Below, one piece after another: positions 43,793 through 47,314 of a stretch of 47,314 bases of DNA. The stretch lies in assembly GCA_026391845.1 (NCBI GenBank), contig JAPLDG010000214.1, positions 16,019-63,332 of the forward strand, read 5' to 3'. Position 1 is the first letter of the stretch. Each line of letters begins with the position of its first letter. This DNA is from Bacteroidota bacterium (GTDB lineage Bacteria > Bacteroidota > Bacteroidia > Bacteroidales > FEN-979). The position numbers were made by a program, and so were the translations under genes. The notes under the pieces were generated by a model. It saw only the letters and a program-made list of their open reading frames with translations. It was not told the DNA's origin and searched no databases.

Positions 43793-45948
43793 ATAATTTT
43801 CATTTCACTGATCAATCGCCGGCTTTCTGCAACTTTATCAATTACAAACAGGCAATATCGTATATCGAGAGAAATATTACGGCATTGCGACGGATCGTAC
43901 ATCAGGTCACTGAGTGTACCTTCCCAGTTGCGGTCAAAATTGATCCCTATTAATTGCCCTTCTGCATTTAAAACCGGACTCCCCGAATTTCCGCCGGTGG
44001 TATGATTGCTGGCGGTAAAAGCAACATGCATGGTGCCATCCTTGTCTGCATAAGCGCCGTAATCCTTTTCCAGGTACAGCTTCTTTAACCTCGGATCAAC
44101 ATGGTAATCATAAATAGTCGAATCTTCCTTCTGCATCACACCGGCAAGGGTCGTATAATAATCATACTCCATCGCATCCGCTGGCAGGTAATCATCAATC
44201 TTCCCATAAGCCACCCGAAGTGTCGAGTTTGCATCGGGATAAAATATTTTTTTCTGCTGCATCTCCATCAACCCTGCCATGTAAATTCGTTGAAGACTGT
44301 CTATCTGTGCCGAAATCCTGGTCATTTCCGGGATGATATCCTTTTCGTTGCGCTGGTATATGCTCATCATCAATAGGAAAGCGGGATCTTTTTCGAACAA
44401 TTTAACCCTGGAAGCTTTATAGGAATCCAGAATCTTAAAAAGCCTGACAGAATCCGAAAATGCTGAAGTCTGGAAAAGCTTCGCTGCATAGGCCTCCAAA
44501 TCGTTCTTGAATGATTTATCAATCTCCGAAAAAGCATCAGGGAGATATGTACGGTTCATCTTCGTGGCCATCTCCTTCAGCATTGCAACCATTACCTTCT
44601 GATCGATGGATGCCTGGTAGTTTTTAAAAAAATCCCGGGACGATTTCTTTAAACTCTCTGCTGAAATTGAAATTTCTTCAGAATTTGGCGCCTTTTTTTT
44701 ACTCATCCTGACCAATTCCCTGAAACCAGAGGCAAACCGTACAATTTCAATTCCCTGTCCGGCCTCGCTGATATATATGGCAGATAAATCAATCGGGAGA
44801 TAGTTGCAGTAAGCAGATTTAAATGCCGGGAGCAGGTTTCCGTAACGAATTTTGCGTTCCGGAGCAGAATCAGCCCAGGACTGGAACTGCTGTTCAAAAT
44901 GTTCCTTCTTTGCGATCGCATCAATACGCCTGATCCCGCGTGATTCACCGATCATTTTCTTCCAGTAATTTGCTATTCCGTTGGCCTTTGCCGTATACTG
45001 GATGCGAACCATGCGGTTGAGATCCATCGCTGAATTCATGATGTCGAGACGCTGCTGACGAAGCCCTACCTTTACCGGGTTTTCTTTATTGGCTGTGAGA
45101 TCAACTCCATATGAAGTAAGGTATTCACGGGTACTTCCGGGATAACCAAAAACAAAAGTGAATTCGCGCTTTTGGTATCCTTTCAATGAAATGGGAAGAT
45201 AATTTTTGGGCTTGTAGGGAACATTATCTTTGGAGTAGGCTGCAGGTTGATTGCTCTGATCAGCATAAATCCGGAAAACCGAGAAATCGCCTGTGTGCCT
45301 TGGCCACATCCAGTTGTCTGTATCACCTCCGAATTTCCCGATATTTGATGGGGGCGTTCCAACAAGCCTGACATCCTTAAAAATCTCATTTATAAACATA
45401 TAAAACTTATTGCCATAAAAAAACGGCCTGACTTTGGCATCGTAATGCGTGTCCTGCATGGCTGCACGTTCCAGTTTCTCTGCATTTTGTTTGATGATCT
45501 GTGCCCGCTGAAACTGATTCATGCTGTCTTCAACCCCGGTAAGAACCTGGCTGGTAACATCCTCCATTCTGATCAGCAAAGTAACCGTGATCCCGGGACC
45601 AGGGAGTTCCTCTTCAAAAGAGCCGGCCCAGAATCCATCCGTGATATAGTCATGCTGCAATGAACTCAGACGCTGTATTGCACCAAGCCCGCAATGGTGG
45701 TTGGTGAGAATAAGCCCTTGTTCAGAAACGATCTCGGCAGTGCACCCTCCGCCAAATTGAACGATGGCATCCTTCAGGCTCGAATGATTTACGCTATAGA
45801 TATCCTCCGCCGTAAGTTTCAGCCCAAGATCCTGCATACGCTTGATATTCAATTGCTCCAGAAGCATGGGAATCCACATGCCTTCCTCTGCAATTGCTGA
45901 AAAACGCAGCATGGAAAGTGTGACTAACAGGATTGCAAGTTTCTTCAT
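43783..45948 (-). CDS. S46-family dipeptidyl peptidase, DPP11 (Asp/Glu-specific) type
   Basis: EGMW, TNHHC, DNW.WPRHTGDFS and HTTGGNSGSPV. NFDRNWEG carries the S1 Arg typical of DPP11; DPP7 has Gly there. Confidence 0.9.
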   Translation of the reverse strand: MKKLAILLVTLSMLRFSAIAEEGMWIPMLLEQLNIKRMQDLGLKLTAEDIYSVNHSSLKDAIVQFGGGCTAEIVSEQGLILTNHHCGLGAIQRLSSLQHDYITDGFWAGSFEEELPGPGITVTLLIRMEDVTSQVLTGVEDSMNQFQRAQIIKQNAEKLERAAMQDTHYDAKVRPFFYGNKFYMFINEIFKDVRLVGTPPSNIGKFGGDTDNWMWPRHTGDFSVFRIYADQSNQPAAYSKDNVPYKPKNYLPISLKGYQKREFTFVFGYPGSTREYLTSYGVDLTANKENPVKVGLRQQRLDIMNSAMDLNRMVRIQYTAKANGIANYWKKMIGESRGIRRIDAIAKKEHFEQQFQSWADSAPERKIRYGNLLPAFKSAYCNYLPIDLSAIYISEAGQGIEIVRFASGFRELVRMSKKKAPNSEEISISAESLKKSSRDFFKNYQASIDQKVMVAMLKEMATKMNRTYLPDAFSEIDKSFKNDLEAYAAKLFQTSAFSDSVRLFKILDSYKASRVKLFEKDPAFLLMMSIYQRNEKDIIPEMTRISAQIDSLQRIYMAGLMEMQQKKIFYPDANSTLRVAYGKIDDYLPADAMEYDYYTTLAGVMQKEDSTIYDYHVDPRLKKLYLEKDYGAYADKDGTMHVAFTASNHTTGGNSGSPVLNAEGQLIGINFDRNWEGTLSDLMYDPSQCRNISLDIRYCLFVIDKVAESRRLISEMKIIQP

Positions 45949-46610
45949 TTTGCGTTAAGTTGAAACCGTAAATAACAAATTTTCTTACCCATTTCAAGCC
46001 AGCGGGTTTCGTAATAGGTCTGAATAGAAACCACATCGTCACCCAATCCGGATTGATAAACATCATCTGATGCCCAAAAAAGCCGGTGACCCTGTTCTTT
46101 TATCACATTCAATGTATAGTTGTAAAAAAAATGATCATCTGTTTTCAGATGGATGATGCCGTCAGGAGTCAGAATGTTCTGATACTTTGCCAGAAAAACC
46201 GGGGCTGTCAACCTCATCCGCTCCTTTTTCATCTGGGGCTCTGGAAAAGTGATCCAGATTTCTGAAATTTCCGAAGGGGCAAAAATCTGTTCGACATGAT
46301 CGACCATGGCTCTGACAAACCCGGCATTGTTAATTCCCCGTTCACTTACGGTTTTACTGCCTCTCCACAGCCGGGCCCCTTTCCAGTCGATGCCGATAAA
46401 ATTTTTCTGCGGATATTTTTCTGCCAACCCAACAGTATATTCTCCTTTCCCGCATCCAAGTTCAATCACGATGGGATTGTCGTTTTTGAAAAAATCTTCA
46501 TGCCAGCGGGATCGAAGAGAAAATCCCGAAAAGAGATCATTGTAAGTTGGTTGAATCAGGTGGGGAAACGACAGATTTTCCTGGAAATGGATCAGTTTCT
46601 TTTTCGCCAC
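45945..46610 (-). CDS. trmB: tRNA (guanine-N7)-methyltransferase
   Basis: ELGCGKGEY, GID.KGAR, WITFP.PQ, HLKTD and IQTYYE. GTG start at 46610 (MAKKKL..F). Confidence 0.95.
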   Translation of the reverse strand: MAKKKLIHFQENLSFPHLIQPTYNDLFSGFSLRSRWHEDFFKNDNPIVIELGCGKGEYTVGLAEKYPQKNFIGIDWKGARLWRGSKTVSERGINNAGFVRAMVDHVEQIFAPSEISEIWITFPEPQMKKERMRLTAPVFLAKYQNILTPDGIIHLKTDDHFFYNYTLNVIKEQGHRLFWASDDVYQSGLGDDVVSIQTYYETRWLEMGKKICYLRFQLNAK

Positions 46611-46617
46611 GCTGGAT

Positions 46618-47313
46618 TTATTTTGCCAGTATCCAGGCGCCACTGATATCCTTCGACTTTGTTGAAGCCAGGATTTGGGATGCATCCTCCCTATTGGAAC
46701 TAGTACCAATGGTAACGCGGAAAAGACCTGTTTTGGACTGGTCAAAAACAGATGCTTCAATCCCTTTCTGCTGCAACTCAGTCACCAGCTTTTCTGCATT
46801 TTCCTGCACTCTGAAAGCGCCTACAATCACAGCAAAGCGATCATTGAGCCGAATCGCGGGCAATGGAACTTCAGCAACAGGAGCCGGAGGCAATTGCACT
46901 TCGGATTGCACCAACCTGAGAGTTGGAATTACAGGCGCTTCTTTCTTCTCAACCAAAGATGCTGAAGAAAACCGTGAGAAAGCCGAACTCAGGATCCCGG
47001 CATGGCTGGCAAAATTGGCAGACAGCCTGTCGTATTGAGTTACTCCGATAACAGCCGCAACTCCAATAGGGAAGGCAATTGCAGCGGCCCACTTGAGGGC
47101 ACGGGGAAGAATATATTTTCTGCCGGAATTTCTGATTACTGGTGGAGATATGAATGGGGCAAGCCCGAAAGCATCCGGAAGCAAATTGGACGTCGTATCC
47201 TGTTTAAAGTAGATTATTCCTTCCTTTCCCGGATAAAGTTGACCTACCTCCGGCAGTGTTACTGAATTACCTGTTTTCAGGGTGAACCGGCAATTTTCCG
47301 AAAATTCGTCAAT
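46618..47313 (-). CDS. SPOR-domain membrane protein with HU-CCDC81-like N-terminus (5' partial)
   Basis: The frame stays open to the window end (...V.LPEVG.L...N.LPDAFGL), then a TM helix and SPOR 'VIVGAFRVQENAEKLV..L..KG...GLFRV...AWIL'. Confidence 0.85.
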   Translation of the reverse strand: MDEFSENCRFTLKTGNSVTLPEVGQLYPGKEGIIYFKQDTTSNLLPDAFGLAPFISPPVIRNSGRKYILPRALKWAAAIAFPIGVAAVIGVTQYDRLSANFASHAGILSSAFSRFSSASLVEKKEAPVIPTLRLVQSEVQLPPAPVAEVPLPAIRLNDRFAVIVGAFRVQENAEKLVTELQQKGIEASVFDQSKTGLFRVTIGTSSNREDASQILASTKSKDISGAWILAK

Positions 47314-47314
47314 G

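Overview
A 47.3 kb stretch of mostly core chromosome from a Bacteroidota bacterium, probably Bacteroidales-like. The evidence is repeated TAnnTTTG (-7) promoter elements, A-rich start contexts with no obvious Shine-Dalgarno, a T9SS C-terminal sorting domain, a DPP11-type S46 peptidase and typical Bacteroidota gene order. From left to right: an AT-rich envelope-glycosylation cluster (TPR tail, YfhO/GT-C, GT2, a frameshifted GtrB-like GT2, a methyltransferase); MFS and M1 aminopeptidase; a Cache/HAMP/HisKA_3 kinase and NarL regulator upstream of a TorF-like porin and amtB, with no PII gene; panC-panD-UPF0104-rfaE2-radA; a 1710-aa T9SS protein; thrA-xseA-xseB; aqpZ; hpt-adk-obgE-PAP2; purE; a methylmalonyl-CoA mutase operon interrupted by a second copy of the same porin family; and DPP11, trmB and a SPOR protein. 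I saw no rRNA, tRNA, CRISPR or transposase. Best leads: (i) a probable two-component-controlled outer-membrane-channel plus Amt ammonium module, (ii) its close porin paralog between mutA and mutB, (iii) sense-oriented 7-bp tandem arrays containing stop codons at gene ends, and (iv) an in-frame GC-rich palindromic insertion in an O-methyltransferase. All family calls are from motif recognition by eye; no searches were run.
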